DNA of 64,000 bases. Source: Psammoneis japonica (Eukaryota). Made by a program: the position numbers and the translations under genes. The notes beneath the pieces are model-generated. The model ran no database searches and had not been told where the DNA came from. It saw only the letters and a program-made list of their open reading frames with translations. The stretch's first letter is position 1; every line of letters starts with the position of its first letter. Below are positions 38,570 to 51,372 of the stretch, piece after piece. The stretch is taken from positions 1-64,000 of the forward strand of contig QPGO01000287.1 of NCBI GenBank assembly GCA_008632985.1, read 5' to 3'.

Positions 38570-39507
38570 GTAAAACGAAGCCTTGACGTCATCATTTATC
38601 TCGTCCTTAAATATTTTTTTCGATCTTTTTGACCGAACTTTTCTGCTAGCTCGCTCTCTCGTTTGCGTTGAGAACCAAAAACCACCATGAGATGTGCAAC
38701 GACCGGCCATGCATAGCGCTATAGGTTGGCATTGTCATTAATTCCCACAGCGAACAACAGAATTCAATGTCTATTTAATAATCTAAGTGTCGTTAAAGCT
38801 GTGACAAATCGATGGAACGATGTGAGAATCATTTCAACAAGTCACTCTCGTTCTGGAAGAGCCATGCAAAACCACAAGGAACGACTCAATGCTTCATTCG
38901 CATTGACTGCAATGGTGTTCCAGCGCATGATGAACAATCCGCCCTTATTGCGTAGCAATGAGAATGCTTTCTTTCTCTCCAACTGCATCCGTGTTGCAGT
39001 CGCATGCGCTCCGTCCCCACCGACGAACGAACAGATTCAAGATGTCACGTAGAAACTTTACTGAGTTCAACGCAACCCGAAGCCGAGTGTCGAGTGTCAG
39101 GGTTGCTTGTCTCGAATGTCTCGAAGCAAGCGGTTCGCATCACGCACAAAAACGAAAACGACGCACTATGATACATGAACAGCAAAAGAAGGCAAGTACC
39201 AGGAGCAGTCGTTGCTGTAACGAGGTATCAATGCCTCGGTTTTGACCGTGGCTAACGATGTTTGCGCGCTCTGTCCTTTTCTCTGTTGTGGAACTGAGCA
39301 GAAAGAATGTTCAACAACAAGAAGAACGGCTCGGACCGCGCCACTGGTTCTTGGGTGAAGTTTTCCAGTAGCACTAAATGGCACACTACCAGTACTAGCA
39401 ACAACCGAGAAGAATGTGCAGCATCTTCTGTACCAGACCCTCCAACTTCTTACATGCAAGAACCTCGTACCACCGAAGAAAAGAAGTGGAGGACAGCACA
39501 CACTTAG
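38570..39507 (+). pseudogene. Partial duplicate of the upstream region and first ~60 codons of the LRR gene
   Basis: 38570-39490 aligns with ~39732-40616. ORF 39307-39507 'MFNNKKNGSDR..EPRTTEEKKW' matches the N-terminus of the ORF at 40439, then diverges and stops. Confidence 0.9.
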
Positions 39508-40438
39508 AATCGGTACTAGAGTATCTATATTATTATCCTACTATTGCATCAAATTGGTATTTTATACCGTAGTCGGGCCAAAATGAGCGATTCAATGGCG
39601 AACTCTAGAAGGTTTTGGTGGTGGCGCGAAAGGTGGCGCGAAATGACGCGTGAACAAAAAATATGTAGAAGTAGTACTACGTTGTACGGCCCAAAAAGAA
39701 TAACACGGTGCTTACCGGAGGAAGTAGTACAGTAAAACAAAGCCTTCACGTCATCATTTGTCTCGGCTCTAAATAAAATTTTCGATCTTTTTGACCGAAC
39801 TTTTCTGCTCGCTCTCTCGTTTCGTTTTTTAAAACCACCATGAGATGTGCAACGCCGACCGGCCATGCCATAGCGCTATAGGTTGGCATTGTCATTAATT
39901 CCCACAGCGAACAACAGAATTCAATGTCTATTCAATAATCTAAAGTGTCGTTAAAACTATGACAAATCGATGGAACGATGTGAGAATCATTTCAACAAGT
40001 CACTCTCGTTCTGGAAGAGCCATGCAAAACCACAAGGAACGACTCAATGCTTCATTCGCATTAACTGCAATGGTGTTCCGGCGCATGATGAACTATCCGC
40101 CCTTATTGCGTAGCAATGAGAATGCTTTCTTTCTCTCCAACAGCATCCGTGTTGCAGTCGCATGCGCTCCGTCCCCACCACGAACGAACAGATGTCACGT
40201 AGAAACTTTACTGAGTTCAACGCAACCCGAAGCCGAATGTCAGGGTTACTTGTCTCGAAAGCAAGCGGTTCGCATCACACACAAAAACGAAAACGACGCA
40301 CTATGATACATGAACAGCAAAAGAAGGCAAGTACCAGGAGCAGTCGTTGCTATTACGAGGTAACAATGCCTCGGTTTTGACTATGGCTAACGATGTTTGC
40401 GCTCTGTCCGTTTCTCTGTTTTGGAATGAGCAGAAAGA

Positions 40439-42948
40439 ATGTTCAACAACAAGAAGAACGACTCGGACCGCTCCACTGGTTCTTTGAAGTTTTCCAGTAG
40501 CTTCAAAGGGAACACTACCGGTACTAGGAACAACCATGAAGAATGTGCAGCATCTGTACCAGACCCTCCTACTTCTTCCATGCAAGAACCTCGTACCACC
40601 GAAGAAAAGAAGTGGAAGAAGAGCATAAAGAAGGCGTTTCCCTCGATCACGAGGGAGGCTGCTGCAAGGACGTCTCCTCCACATGGTGGGGAACAGGAAG
40701 CTACCACTGCTAACGTTGCTGAACGTGATGATGAACAGTATGCTGATCCTGAAGCCTTTCGCATGCCTGGAGTAGACCAAGATGTGGAATCCCCGGACGA
40801 TGGTGCTGATCACTCACCCGGAGCGCACGCCGCTCCTGGAACTCATGGTGATGCCAGAAGCCATGGATATTCTGCAGAGGAAGTATCCATGATGCCAGGA
40901 GCTGTCGGGGGCGTTCATCATGGGCAGGACTTTTCGATCAATCTCGTATCGGCCCATTTGGTGGATACAGAAGAGGCGCGCCGGATACAGCAACTCGAAG
41001 AGCAGAACCGCATCTTACAAGAGCGCGAAGAGAACGTTGCGATTGCAAATGTTGTTGGCAAAGGCGAAATCCTCAAGAAGTTCTTCAACCTACGCGATCC
41101 CGAGTTTCGACGCCAACGACTTTTCTGTATTGGCATTCTTGGGCTTGTGGCGGCGGCCATTGCTCTTTCTGTCGTTCTCACCCGGGACGACAACCCTACT
41201 GGACCAGTGCCAGTTTCCACGCCGCCTCCGACTCCAGAGCCCACCACACTACTCCACAAAGAGTTGAGTGAGCTTCTCTCGCAGCTTTCTTTCGACAACG
41301 GGGCTGCGCTTTTCAACCAGTCAACGCCTCAGTACCAGGCAGTCAAGTGGCTCGCAAACAGAAGCAACATTGATGACTACGAACAGATGCAGATCGTCCA
41401 GCGTTATGCTTTGGCTACGCTTTACTTTAGTACCAATGGACAGAACTGGACGAATAACGATCTGTGGTTAGACGACGGTCCTGAATGTGGACGGTGGTGG
41501 CAAGCCAAGGGAGCAATGAATCTTCTTTGTACAGATCAAGGTGAAGTGTCATCCATCGAGCTCGATGACAATGAGTTGAAAGGAACGATACCTCCGGAGC
41601 TTGCGTTTCTTTCGAATTCGATTGAACGAATCGGGTTTTCAGGGAACGCCATGACAGGCGCAATTCCTACAGAGCTTGCGCTACTGACTCTGTTGTCAGA
41701 GTTCATTGTCGATCAGAACAGATTGAGTGGCACCATCCCATCGGAGCTTGGGCTCCTGACAAATTTGTACTTTCTTGGAATGGTGGAGAATGAATTTACA
41801 GGCTCTATTCCAACAGAATTGTTTCTCTTGACGAATCTATGTAAGCGTGATTGCTACGTGTATGATCTTCTTTTGTGCCAATTGTCCTGCTGATGCCTGG
41901 TTGACGTATGTTTGAGCAGCGACACTAAGGCTCGGAAGCGGTCTACAAGGCACAATCTCGGCTGATATAAGCGCCCTTTCCAGATTGAGTAAGTTTCAAC
42001 AGAGGTTATATTGGAGTCGTGAAGGTTACTGTTGAGGGATTGTTCTATTTCTAACTCTACACGACGACTTATCTTCGTTTCTGATCCGACCAGCCAAATT
42101 GGACATGTACGAGAATAAATTCGCTGGAACTATCCCAACCACCATCGGTCTCTTGGCGCGCTTGACTGACCTTTCGATTTGGTCAAATCAACTGTCTGGA
42201 ACGATCCCATCCACCTTGGGTCTTCTGAGCTCTTTAGGTAATAGCAGATGTTTTGAATCCTCTGTCGAGTTACTGTCTGTAAGAATCAGCGACTTAGTGC
42301 TTCTAATTATTCACTTGTTTCTCTTCCTCGAACACAGTTCATCTATTCCTTGGCGGCAATCGTCTGTTTGGGAACATTCCAAGTGAGATTCAGAATTTGG
42401 CAAATTTGAAAAAGCTGTGGTTACGTCATAATTATCTTTCTGGGACAATTCCGTCTACTATCGGCCTCCATTCAAACTTGGGTGAGTTTTCACTGTCGAT
42501 TTTCCGTGGTTTATCGCTTTCGAACATGCTTCTCATAGCTGCATTTTTTGTTTCATCTTGCACAGAGGAGCTCCTTCTCAATGGAAATAACTTTACAAGT
42601 TCTATTCCGAGTGAGCTTGGTGCCCTTTCGAACGTCAAGCTTTTTCTCCTCGGAGCAAACCATCTCAATCGAACAATCCCTTCGGAACTTGGTCTCCTGA
42701 CTAACGCTCAAATGTTTTTCTTGAATCGAAACTCACTCACTGGCCCTATCCCAAACGAAATTGGAGGGCTGACGAATTTATTACATCTTTCTCTCCTCAA
42801 GAACAAGTTGACTGGTACCATTCCACCTGGTGTTTACAACATGACTAGCCTCGAAACTTTGTGGCTGCATGACAACAACCTGACCGGTCCATTCACCTGC
42901 CCCGAGAATGTTGAGAGCTGCAAAATCTCTTGTGAATCCTTGAACTAA
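40439..42948 (+). CDS. Transmembrane leucine-rich-repeat (receptor-like) protein; exons ~40439-41840, 41920-41988, 42094-42237, 42338-42481, 42566-42948
   Basis: TM segment 'LFCIGILGLVAAAIALSVVL', cap 'TPQYQAVKWL..QRYALATLYFSTNG..W', plant-type LRRs 'LxxNxLxGxIPxELG'. Four GT-AG introns keep the frame. Confidence 0.92.
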
Positions 42949-43239
42949 ACTTGCCGTGTTCTCTAGAGCTCGGAAGGATACGAAGAATTGCATGTTTTAT
43001 GCTTGGTGTAACGAGTCTGGTGGGGTGTAGCTGAGCTGTGCGGTGCGACAATTTCTGATTGTACTTCTACCAGAGGTGCGACAGCCTCCGCTTTCGCGCA
43101 GCAAGAAGGGCACTAGCTGCTGTAGATTCTCTTTACAGGATTACGGCAGTTATGTGGAACACGAATCTTTATTCCAAAATCAAATCCATGGCCACTCCGC
43201 CTCAAGAACAGCGTTATAAAATCGTTAACTTTCTCCCAA

Positions 43240-43612
43240 CAATCACGGATTGCAACCATCGATTGCGTGCGGCTTCGCAGCAATCGAAAGATCGCAATGC
43301 GCGCGCTTGCCACGTGTGACAATCGATTGCAATCGCGATCGCGATTGGCCACCGCGCGGAATTCGCGCGCCCCACGCAGGGGCGCCCTCTGCGCAAGAAC
43401 GCATTTTTCGTGAATGTGTGCCATGTTTCGGTCAATTTTTAGTCCCGTGTGCGATGAAAATCCCGATTCACGACTAAATTTTAGACACGAATCGATCGCG
43501 ATCGATCGCGAACACGATTGCGATCTTTGTGACCAGCGCCAGACAAACAATCAGCAGATTGCAATCGTTTCGATCGCGATCCGCAATCGAATTGCAAACA
43601 AGATTGCAGTCG
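43240..43612. repeat. Cluster of short palindromic motifs (ATCGAT, GATTGCAATC, ATCGCGAT)
   Basis: Many copies visible in a CG-rich, TA-poor tract. Confidence 0.6.
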
Positions 43613-43761
43613 AGTTGGTGATTTTACAACGCTGCTCAAGAAGGGCATGAGATTCTTTTTTTTGCACATGACAAGTTTTGCCCGGAACACAAAAGATTTC
43701 TCGATGATTGGATTCTCAACTGCTGCACTGGAATGGGAAGCCAAAAAACGCGTTGCCATTT

Positions 43762-44913
43762 CTATTTTTCGTCAATCAACAAGCACGGTGACTCTGACCC
43801 GCTGGCTTCAATCTGAACTCGTTGTCTTGGACTCCAGGCTCCACATCCCACCAGTTTGGCGACAACTTCTGCGGAAGATTGGAGCTTCCCATTGGCCCTG
43901 CGAATGGGCACTCCGGCTGTGGGGGCCGGACTGCTCGGCTCAGGGTTCGGTTCAGGGGGAGTCGTGCTCGGAGTCGGTGCAGGGGGAGTCGGACTCGGAG
44001 TCGGGCTCGGAGTCGGTGCAGGGGTCGGTTCAGGCAGTGGAGGGAGCGCATCGGCACAATCAGAAAAATTGAGGAAGAGAGAGGCTTGTTCAACCATGGC
44101 AGAAATTGGCCCACGATTGTCTGGGTCACAACCAACTGCCCAAACCACTTCTTTTTCGACGTTGAAGTCGACACACGCCGGGAGTGGGAAATCGTCGGGC
44201 ACTGCCACTCAGCCCCCAAAGTTCGCGATGAAATCTCTTTCTCCCCGTTCGATTTGAAAAGATTCGAGCACGAACTCATGCTCGATTCCATCCAGCGTGA
44301 ACTGGAAAATCATTTCTTCATCAACCTCAGGGCAATCGTTGCATCGGAGGAAAAGGTCGTCAAAGTCTTCTCCAGTCGCACTTTCTCCCACCTTTGTGAT
44401 GACAAGCTCGAGGCCTTCTGATGTGTCCCATGTGACTCGACCCGATTTTGCTTCTTTTGCTCCATCAACGCCATTCCATGTTGCACTGTCAGGATCAATG
44501 TTGGCATCCAATTTGAGTTCGATGTCATCACAATTCTGATGAATCCTCTCCCGGCACGTGACCGTGTCACCACCGTTGGAGATCGTGACATTGTCACCCA
44601 CTCGTTTGGTCTCCCACTCGCTGTCCTTGTCGATCTTGCACCTGAAATGGCGCGCGTCTCGAGGTTCATCACACGCGGCTTCAACCACGTGAAAGTCAAA
44701 GGGAGCACATGATTGTGCGGGACTCGTCACACTCATCCGCAGAGCTCTGTCCCAAAACTGCTCGTCCTCGGCAATCCCATGCTCCTCGTTCAGATTTGCT
44801 CCGATGGTCGAAGCTTTGCCATCATTGCGCAGGCGTCGCAGGAGCTTGCCGCAGACAGGTGCACAGCTGTGGCTTGCAAGAGCAAGCAGGATGAGATTTG
44901 TCAATGCGCCCAT
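43762..44913 (-). pseudogene. Secreted protein with Pro/Thr stalk; one in-frame TGA at 44209-44211; TA-depleted
   Basis: ORFs 44209-44913 and 43762-44208 abut in the same frame. Signal-like N-terminus 'MGALTNLILLALAS', motif 'EQFWDRALRMS', repeat 'PEPTPAPTPSPTPSPTP'. No Tyr in ~380 codons. Confidence 0.75.
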
Positions 44914-45134
44914 TGTGGAGTTCCAACAATGCAGTGCACGTGTGCGGCATGGGAGACATTGCAGACAAGATCAACACTGTGACGACAAAGACTTGCTTGA
45001 AAACAAAATTGTGAGACAAACGCCCGCTCCGCGGTGCAATTTCATCGTTTTTGTCAGTCTTGTAAATTTGAATTTCAGTCTCGTGCACTGTGTGATTTGA
45101 ATCAACACTGCTTGCTCGACATGCACACATTTAA

Positions 45135-45581
45135 CACCGCATCCACGGATTCACCAGGCAACACTCGGGTGTGGCAAAAAGTGTGCATTTGGTCAAAATC
45201 GATTGTCGAGTGCAAATGGCGGCATCTTTAGGGTCCCTTTAGTGAGCCGAGCACGCACATTTCTCATCTGACCGTCACAGGTCATCTTGCGGGGGGTGTC
45301 AAAATGTCGTGCTTCAATGTGTGAATTTTCAATTTCATGTGACCTTGGTGGATGGATGCATTGTGTGACAATTAATTTTCAAGACGCGTCAAAGCACGAC
45401 GTTTTGACACCCCCCATGAGACGGACCCATGATGGTCAAATGAGAAATGTGCGTGTTCGGCTCACTAAAGGGACCCCAAAGACACCACCATTTGCACTCA
45501 ATGATCAATTTTGACCAAATGCACACTTTTTGCCATGCCCGACTTTTGCCAATTTTGCCTGGTAAATCCGTGGATGCGGTG
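45135..45581. mobile_element. MITE B (447 bp), TTAA-specific, related to MITE A
   Basis: TIRs CACCGCATCCACGGATT..AATCCGTGGATGCGGTG extending ~170 bp imperfectly. Flanks TTAA (45131-45134) and TCAA (45582-45585). Shares 'gggtccc..agtgagccga..tcatctgacc..ggggggtgtcaaaatgt' with MITE A. Confidence 0.9.
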
Positions 45582-46019
45582 TCAACACATGAAATCGCCT
45601 TGAACATGGGGAGCGAGAGACAAGTGCATAAGGACAGCTCGTAAATAACGGGATTCTCCAGAACTTTAAACTAATGTCCATTTTTGCTTAAACTTAAATT
45701 CCTTATCATTAAATGTTCAAATAAGAGTACATAACAGCATACATAAGTAGAGCAGGCTAATGCCGGTGTGCGCGCGAGACGACGACTCCCAGAATTCAGT
45801 CACGAATCATGAACGCGCAAACGCGCGAACTGACATCTGCACATCTTCAATCTGCGGCGTGACGAGATTGAAGATTGACGATGAGTGATGAGAAGGCAAT
45901 GGGGCTAGCAACATGACAGCAGTGGAGTGAAGAGTCGTTTTTAGTAGCTTGCTAAAAGTGGACAGAAAGGCTGTGACTTTGAGAGGCGTTGCGGCTGTAG
46001 CCAGGGACAAGACAAAACC

Positions 46020-47549
46020 ATGATCTCCCGACATCTTTTTCTGCGGTCGCGATTTCACGTCTCATCGAAGCTCCTTCTCGAGACGTACAGCCAAGCAACC
46101 ATTGGCGTTGTACGACAATTCTCCCCACCATTACGTATTCCTATTCGACAGATTTCAACAGTATTAAAGTCTCATATTGACCAGGGAGCCCTTCGTGAAG
46201 ATGCTGCTCAAGCAAAAGCAGCACGTTGGCTGAGTCGATTGCAGGATGCAATGGTGGGATACACAAACGAGCCTATTTTAAAGTGGATGGATTTGATGGA
46301 GAAATACGAGCAACAGAAGAAAGATATTGCAGAAAGTGGAGATGATATTGATAAGAAAGTCACAGCTGCATCAAAAGAAGTGGACCAGAAAAAAGCCACC
46401 GACCTAGAACCGCCTGAACCACCCAGCATTCGAATACCTCGCGGCCTTTTCTTGCACGGTCATGTCGGAACGGGCAAAAGCATGCTGATGGATTTGTTCT
46501 TTGCAAACGCCCAAGTTGAGAAAAAGCGCCGCGCTCACTTTCACTCCTTTCTGCAAGACATTCATGCTAGAATACACGTACTGAAACAAAAGGACCTGGC
46601 CACACATGGTCGTGACTTTCACGTTGACACGAGTCAATCGCGCAACCCCATTGTTCGAGTGGCAAAGGAACTAGCCTCTGAGGTTTCCCTATTGTGCTTT
46701 GACGAGTTTCAAGTGACTGACGTGGCCGATGCCTTGATTATGAAGCAGCTTTTTGAGGTACTGTTTGAGAACGGGACCGTTGTTGTGGCGACGTCCAATC
46801 GACCGCCGGGCGATCTCTACGAGGGAGGGCTGAATCGAAGCTATTTTCTTCCCTTTATTGATCTACTAAACAAGCACTGCGTTGTTCATGAAATTGGTTC
46901 AAACACAGACTATCGACGATTAATGTCTCAAGACATGCATGACTATTTCCTTGTCGACAGTGAAGATTTCTCGACCGCTGAGGACGCAATCGATGTCATC
47001 TTTGATCGTCTCTTGGATTGCACCGCGCCCGTATCCATGGACCTGGCTACAGGTTTCGGCCGTTCCCTTAGAGTGTCACAGGCGCATCCCAATACCACGC
47101 TTGTGGGTCGCTTTCAGTTTGACGAACTGTGCAACCGTGAGCTAGGATCGTCCGACTATCGCGCAATTGCAGAACAGTTTTCGATTGTCGTGGTGGAGCG
47201 TATTCCGTTTCTCACACTCAAGGAGCATGATCAGGCACGACGTTTCATTACCCTTGTAGACGAGCTCTACGAAGCCCGGTGCGCCTTGCTTTGCTCAGCA
47301 GTCGCCGATCCAGAACATCTCTTTATCGACGGCGAAATCAAGAGAAAAGCCGACGCAACAGAGGATGGGATGGAAACCAAGGTGGGTGAAATGTTTGGAA
47401 TCGATGTGGCACAGAGCTCTGGACGCACGGTCGGCGAATTGGCTAGCGTCAGAGAGCTCTCTTTTGCGTTTAAAAGGGCCTCAAGTCGACTGACGGAAAT
47501 GTGCTCAAGAAGCTGGTGGGAGAAGGCCACTCATTCAGACGAGTCATAA
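46020..47549 (+). CDS. AFG1: AFG1/LACE1/ZapE-family ATPase, probably mitochondrial
   Basis: 'PRGLFLHGHVGTGKSMLMDLFF', 'HFHSF', 'CFDEFQVTDVADA', 'ATSNRPP..LYEGGLNR', 'ARRFITLVDELYE'. Arg-rich N-terminus. Confidence 0.95.
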   Translation: MISRHLFLRSRFHVSSKLLLETYSQATIGVVRQFSPPLRIPIRQISTVLKSHIDQGALREDAAQAKAARWLSRLQDAMVGYTNEPILKWMDLMEKYEQQKKDIAESGDDIDKKVTAASKEVDQKKATDLEPPEPPSIRIPRGLFLHGHVGTGKSMLMDLFFANAQVEKKRRAHFHSFLQDIHARIHVLKQKDLATHGRDFHVDTSQSRNPIVRVAKELASEVSLLCFDEFQVTDVADALIMKQLFEVLFENGTVVVATSNRPPGDLYEGGLNRSYFLPFIDLLNKHCVVHEIGSNTDYRRLMSQDMHDYFLVDSEDFSTAEDAIDVIFDRLLDCTAPVSMDLATGFGRSLRVSQAHPNTTLVGRFQFDELCNRELGSSDYRAIAEQFSIVVVERIPFLTLKEHDQARRFITLVDELYEARCALLCSAVADPEHLFIDGEIKRKADATEDGMETKVGEMFGIDVAQSSGRTVGELASVRELSFAFKRASSRLTEMCSRSWWEKATHSDES

Positions 47550-47865
47550 GAAGTCTCCTCATTGTCTCTTTTCGTCGCAAGGCTGTTAGGCGAGAGAGCG
47601 AGAGAATGATCCTGGGTCACCCTTTCTGCTGAGTATAAGATTTTGAATGTGTAACGACAATGTGTGACGTGGTAGGTTTCTACACCTACCAACGGTGATC
47701 TCGGTGGCGGGAATCAACAGAGTATGGTTTTACGTGTCGCATGCAAAAGTATGGTTTGACGTGGTACTCGCAAAGTATGCCGTTGCCGACCTTTGCACAT
47801 GTTTACTCGAAATCCAAAAACATAACGAGACGCTCGCACAAATTTCATTCACCCCTGGTATCGAC

Positions 47866-48704
47866 ATGGTCACTCTGAACGGTAAGAAACGGGTGTTGCC
47901 ACAAGGAGCAAAGGTCTCTCTCCCCAACGATATGGAGCATCGAGATGACTTGACAGTCAGTACCGTTGGAACTGCAGACATGGCGGTAGCGACGCGCCGG
48001 CCCTTGGACGAGATACGATGCGGTGCTTCGGTTGTCGGCAACGTAATCCAGTACGACACAAGTGAAAACGGTAAGTGTTTGTCACGTTTGTCAATGAGTA
48101 TAGGCGTTTTATGTATCGCGGTTGCTTACCCCCGCGTGTTGCCCGTTGCTACCACACAGTCGATTTGAGTGAATGTGAAGTTCAGGACGCGTTGATTTTG
48201 CTTCATTACTTTCTTCGCTCCGTCCCCCCTGCCTATCGCGACGACGCACGAAGAGCTCTTCAGTTCCTGTCGAGTCGCCTTTTGGAGGAATCCCTCAACT
48301 CTGTCTACCGCTTGTCGAGCAAGACTGAAGTCGTACAGCGTGCTCTGACCTTTATTCATGACGTGTTTCAAGTTTGTTTTTGTGATCATGGTGAAGATTG
48401 GTATCACATCAAGAATGCCCTTGTCGTGTTGAAGAATCACTTTGACGGGAATTCTCAGACCGATCTCATTCTTACTACGGACTTGATGAGTCCCATCTCA
48501 GCAGCGGCCGTTGTTTCTCCCCAGAGTTGCAGTGATGAGATGGAATCCACCAAGGACGCCTGTTGCGGCAACGAACCTTTGACTCAAAGAACTAGCATGA
48601 TGTATTCTTCCTTGTACGAAAGAGACGGCTTATTTGGAGCTAATGAGCAATTTTCGGAGCATCGCGATGGCCTTTTGGACAGGCTGCTGAAATTTAAAGA
48701 ATAG
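47866..48704 (+). CDS. Hypothetical protein, 2 exons (47866-48070, 48160-48704)
   Basis: Intron GTAAGT..CACAG joins two ORFs in frame. Normal base composition. Confidence 0.6.
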
Positions 48705-49096
48705 AGTACACGATCTCTTGAGAGTGGCTGCGTCCACTTCTCTCGGGATGGAGAAATGGCGGAGTTTCCGAACGACATGTCGGCCTCTCTAGATAGAGAC
48801 GATGCTTCTGATTATAGAACTTATCAGTCAACCTATTACTGAGTCTTTTCTCTCTAAGTAGAGTGAACTGTTTGGTTTCAGTTGTGTTTCTTGTTATCCT
48901 ACACGCTTCCTCGTTCAGCTAGACTCCAGTGCCTTCGAAAGTGTCGAAAGTTGCTCCTCGGCTATGTAGTGTCTGCTAGTCGTCCGATTAGTAGAAAGCG
49001 CGCGTAGAAATTGTCGTATGTAGACTCCACGTTCAGCTTCGGTACAAACATGCAACACGACTTCCGCGACGTCCGCGAGACAAAAAGCCAACGACC

Positions 49097-51274
49097 ATGA
49101 GCGCCCACGCTCAGGGTACCGCCGGTCGCAGCGGCGAACAATACGGGGCACTGACATCATCCACAACAGAGAATCAAGACGCTTTTTTGACTAGTCCTTA
49201 TCAACTGCAAGATGGCAAGGCCGACGAAAACGACAATAATTTGAACGAAAGCTCGGACGAAAGCTTTGAGGATGAGTTCTCGGAGGATGGCTCTGAGGAA
49301 GAGGAGGCGAATGAAATGTCAATTACAGAGCTGCTTTATAGTTCGTCGTCGTATCATGCGATTGTAAAGCCAGGTGTGTTTCTTGATGTCGTCGTGTAAA
49401 CGCAGCTCTCTACTCTTTCGGGTGAAAACGAACTTACGCGTCTCGTCTCTGTTTTCGTTTCTGACTTTTCTTCTTTAAAAACAAAGTTTCTGTAACAATG
49501 ATATTGTCAGCACTCGCTGTTGTTCTCATAAATACCGATGAGACACGACGTCAGTGGGAAAAAGAAATGGCGGAAGCGTACACGGTGTGGAATGTGAGCG
49601 ATCAACAAAGCACGGGCGCCAAGCTCGGGACAAGTCTGGCCAATACGCTCGTCATGGTGTCTGTTATTTGCTGCATGACCTTTGTCATGGTGTTGTGCTA
49701 CAAAATGAGATGCATGAAATTCATGATTGGATACATGATTTTTGCATCTTCGACATTGTTGGGACTGTTGGGTGGGACTCTGTTCAAGGTAAGAACACGC
49801 GAGTTCTGCCCGGTATTAAGTCGTTGTGTCGCTTCACTCCCTCAGTCTGCTAATCGTCTTTCTTCTCTTTAGGTGGCGGTGGACAAGTATCGGCTTCCGA
49901 TTGATGTTGTATCGTTCGTTTTTGCGATATTCAACTTTTGCATTGTTGGAGTGCTGAGTATTTTCTGGTCCTTGGGGATTCCGAGCTACATTACGCAATG
50001 TTATCTCGTTGCGACCTCTGTTATTCTGGCGTGGCAGTTGGCGCATTTTGATGAGTGGACAACATGGACGCTCTTATTCATGTTGGCCTGTTATGATTTA
50101 TGCGCTGTCTTGACTCCTTGTGGTCCTCTAAAGGCGGTAAGTGCCAATGATCTCCATCAATCCTTTTGCTATTGATTGTCTGGCGCTCACAATCCCTTGC
50201 TTGTTTCTTCTTGTCGTTGACGTAACAGCTCGTAAATCTCATGTCCAAGGATGATGCTCCCGAGATGCCTGGATTGCTTTACGAAGCGGAACTTCCCCCT
50301 GAAGCGAGGAGACCAGGAGTTCCGCGCAATGGCAATGGCAGCAACAACTCTGGCCCCTCGTCGCGGCATTCTACTAACACTGCAGCAGCACCTTCCCCAC
50401 CACCAGCTCCTCCAGTAGCAGCCGCGCCTTCAGCAGATACTCAGGACAGCCGAGATGGCAGCTACGCCTCGACGACTACTGCGAGTGCAACCGAAGCTTC
50501 AAGTGATCCACCACGTGTACGCACGGCCGTCATGCCTCTGGCGATTGCACGAGTGTACAATCTTCCCGTGATTGCCATGACTGGACGATCTTCCAGCGCC
50601 GCAAGACGCCGTGGACAGCCAAAGAATGTCAGCACATCGCCGCTCCTGAGTCGAGCCGACGAGGAAGCGGAACAAGAGGCTGCATCCGCACCAGCGATTG
50701 ATATTCCCGAGAATCCCACACCCCGACTTTTGAGAACGGACGTGACGGTGCGATTGCCACCCGTTGGAGGAACCGTTGAACGGATAATGAGAGGACGCAA
50801 GCGACTATATCTAGAACGGGATCGACATGGTACTCCGAAACGAACTCTGTGGGTGGATCGCCAAGGAAAAGTATTTGCCGAAATGGAAGGCGATGACGAG
50901 CAAGGCGGAGGGGGGAGGAAGGGCAACTCGATTAAACTTGGACTGGTGAGCAACATTGTGTGTGACGTGTAGTCTGTCATCGACTGTTTCATACTCTCGT
51001 CTCACACTATCGTTCTTTTATCGCACAGGGAGACTTTATTTTTTATTCTGTACTTGTTGCCAAGGCAGCCATGTACAGTTTTGCGACCTTTGCAGCCTGC
51101 ATGCTTGTCATCTTGGCTGGACTCGGAGGGACGCTGGTTTTACTGTCAGTTTACCACCATGCGTTGCCCGCCCTCCCGATTTCGATTTTCATGGCAATCA
51201 TTTTCTACCTGCTTACTCGAATGGTTATCGAGCCATGGATTGAGAACGTGATGACTCATCCCATGTATGTCTGA
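49097..51274 (+). CDS. PSEN: Presenilin (gamma-secretase aspartyl protease); exons ~49097-49373, 49487-49788, 49873-50136, 50229-50945, 51029-51274
   Basis: 'EWTTWTLL..YDLCAVLTPCGPLK', 'IKLGL|GDFIFYSVLV', 'ALPALPIS'. GT-AG introns keep the frame. Confidence 0.96.
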
Positions 51275-51372
51275 ACGGCAAGATGTGGGACGGGCGCGGT
51301 GCGCTTGAAATCATTATGCAATAGATTGTGTTAACTTATGATAAGGAATAGCTAACAGAACAAAATTTTCTA

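Noticed and set aside
48071..48103. 33-nt intron using the AG at 48103
   Set aside because: It is very short and leads to a stop at 48168; the acceptor at 48159 gives a long open frame.
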